39,590 bases of DNA from Octopus bimaculoides (lineage: Eukaryota): the NCBI RefSeq assembly GCF_001194135.2, contig NC_068981.1, positions 140,964,643 through 141,004,232 of the forward strand, read 5' to 3'. Below, one piece after another: positions 38,093-39,590 of this stretch; position 1 is the first letter of the stretch, and each line of letters opens with the position of its first letter. The translations under genes and the position numbers were made by a program. The notes beneath the pieces were generated by a model that saw only the letters and a program-made list of their open reading frames with translations, made no database searches and had not been told where the DNA came from.

Positions 38093-39273
38093 ACAGACGT
38101 AAATAGACGCCCCATAAAATATCGTTTTATGTTTATTCTAACTTGTGATAATTTATATTTTCTATTAATTGATATTTTGATGTTTCAGGTACTATATGTG
38201 ACGGTTTAATCATTCCATGAACAAAAGAATCTTTAGAACTGTCTTGGAATTTCAAAGAGGCCATATTGTGGGTTAATCGGAAGGTGGACATAGCGTAAAA
38301 TCACGGAAAATCCGAAACTTTACAGTTAGTGATTGTGCAATTCACCAGAGACGGGAAAGAGTCCACATCACCACGCCCAGGTTGACCAGGGCTCTCTGAC
38401 AGGACCCTTCCCTTTGTTAAGAGAAATGTGTATGATAATCAAAGTCGAAAGGCTTCTGACTTAGAAGAATAGATTGATGTCAGTCCCATAATAGATGTCA
38501 GCTATCGCCACAAACTTGGTTACTATGGCAGGTAAGGAAGAAGGAAGTCAGTTCTTTGACCGGCGAACATCAAGCGTTGAAAAGATTTGACCAGTTAGAT
38601 GGTGGAGAGGCCACTAGCATTTTGGGACACTGTCATATTCTCAAATGAGTTCAGATTTGTTGTATTTTCTGACAGTGGCTGCGAGTGGGTCTGGAGACTG
38701 GAATCAAGAATTTGGCGTGAAAAAAATGCAGTCGATAATGGAACACGGCAGCTTTTCTCTCATGACCTGGGGAGCAATTTGGAGCAATGGTCAATCAGAT
38801 CTGGTAGAGGGTGAGGATAAATTTACGTTCATATTGCAGAAAGGACTCAAATCTTCTTAAATGGTGAAACAATTAGTGAAGACTTTTAATTCATGGAAGA
38901 TGGGGCACCTCGTTACACGGCTAAAATGACCCCAGATTTGTTGGATGACAATGGCATTAAAAAGCTTCCATGATCAAGCCAGTAACGAGATATGAAACCC
39001 ATTGAACACGTCTGGGGCGTAATGGACAGGACACGTCATAAAAAAAGAAAAAAAGCCTCTTCAAAGGCAGAAACTGCCAAGAAATTCCACATCGGACTAT
39101 TTATTATGTGATCGCTACAATGCTTAATAGGGTCCTAGCATTGCAAACATACAAGGAGCATGTCTGCTAAATATTAAATATTCACATTATATCAAGATAA
39201 TGAATAATTTGAATGTATAATTTCAGATAAAAAAAAGATTTTAACGATGTTGAGCGTGTCCATTTAGTTCTGT
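38093..39273 (+). mobile_element. Tc1 (DD34E) DNA transposon relic with degenerate TIRs
   Basis: EFQRGHIVG; WDTVIFSNEFRF...WVWR; MTWGAI; FMEDGAPRYTA...DMKPIEHVW with 34 codons between D and E. Ends acagacgtaaatagacgccc versus RC acagaactaaatggacacgc. Confidence 0.88.
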
Positions 39274-39287
39274 TATATATAGATAAC

Positions 39288-39532
39288 CCTTCTCTACTCT
39301 TTCACCACAACTTTCTCTCACTCTTACTTCCTGTTTCTGTTTTGCCTGTAATTCAAAGGGTCAGCCTTGTCACACTGTGCCACGCTGAATATCCGCGAGA
39401 ACTACGTTAGGGGTACACGTGTTTGTGGAGTGCTCAACCACTTGCACGTTAACTTCACGAGCAGGCTGTTCTGTTGATCGGATCAACTGGAACCCTCGAC
39501 GTCGTAAGCGACGGAGTGCCAACAACAACAAC
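39288..39532 (+). mobile_element. 5'-truncated SINE with (AAC)n tail
   Basis: tttcaccacaactttctctcactc...gagaactacgttaggggtacacgtg...ggaaccctcgacgtcgtaagcgacggagtgcc then aacaacaacaac. Matches a cephalopod SINE body I recall. Confidence 0.78.
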
Positions 39533-39590
39533 ATACTTACATACATATATACATGCATACATACATTCATGTATGTATATATATATATAT

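Overview
AT-rich, intron/intergenic-type eukaryotic DNA from a gapped draft assembly, with ten N gaps, most abutting (AT)n. The SINE families and the (AT)n/(TACA)n load resemble Octopus; this is inferred from memory, not a search. No intact recognisable host gene or RNA gene is present. The well-supported content is decayed mobile DNA: a Penelope-like RT+GIY-YIG remnant (3.6-4.9 kb); an internally deleted Ty3/Gypsy element with both LTRs, PBS and PPT and a nested SINE (7.4-10.1 kb); a mariner fragment (12.3-12.8 kb); a CRE-like RLE LINE 3' end (26.7-27.2 kb); a near full-length HERO-clade RLE LINE (28.1-31.2 kb); a Tc1 DD34E relic (38.1-39.3 kb); three foldback elements; and several SINEs. The most notable non-TE feature is a CpG-rich candidate (possibly bidirectional) promoter at ~32.0-32.6 kb. 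It contains five perfect 16-bp repeats, each a near-consensus NRF1 site, flanked by ETS cores. Unique sequence at 13-20 kb gives phase-compatible small-exon candidates on the minus strand, but these are weak. I found no convincing evidence for a wholly new biological system.
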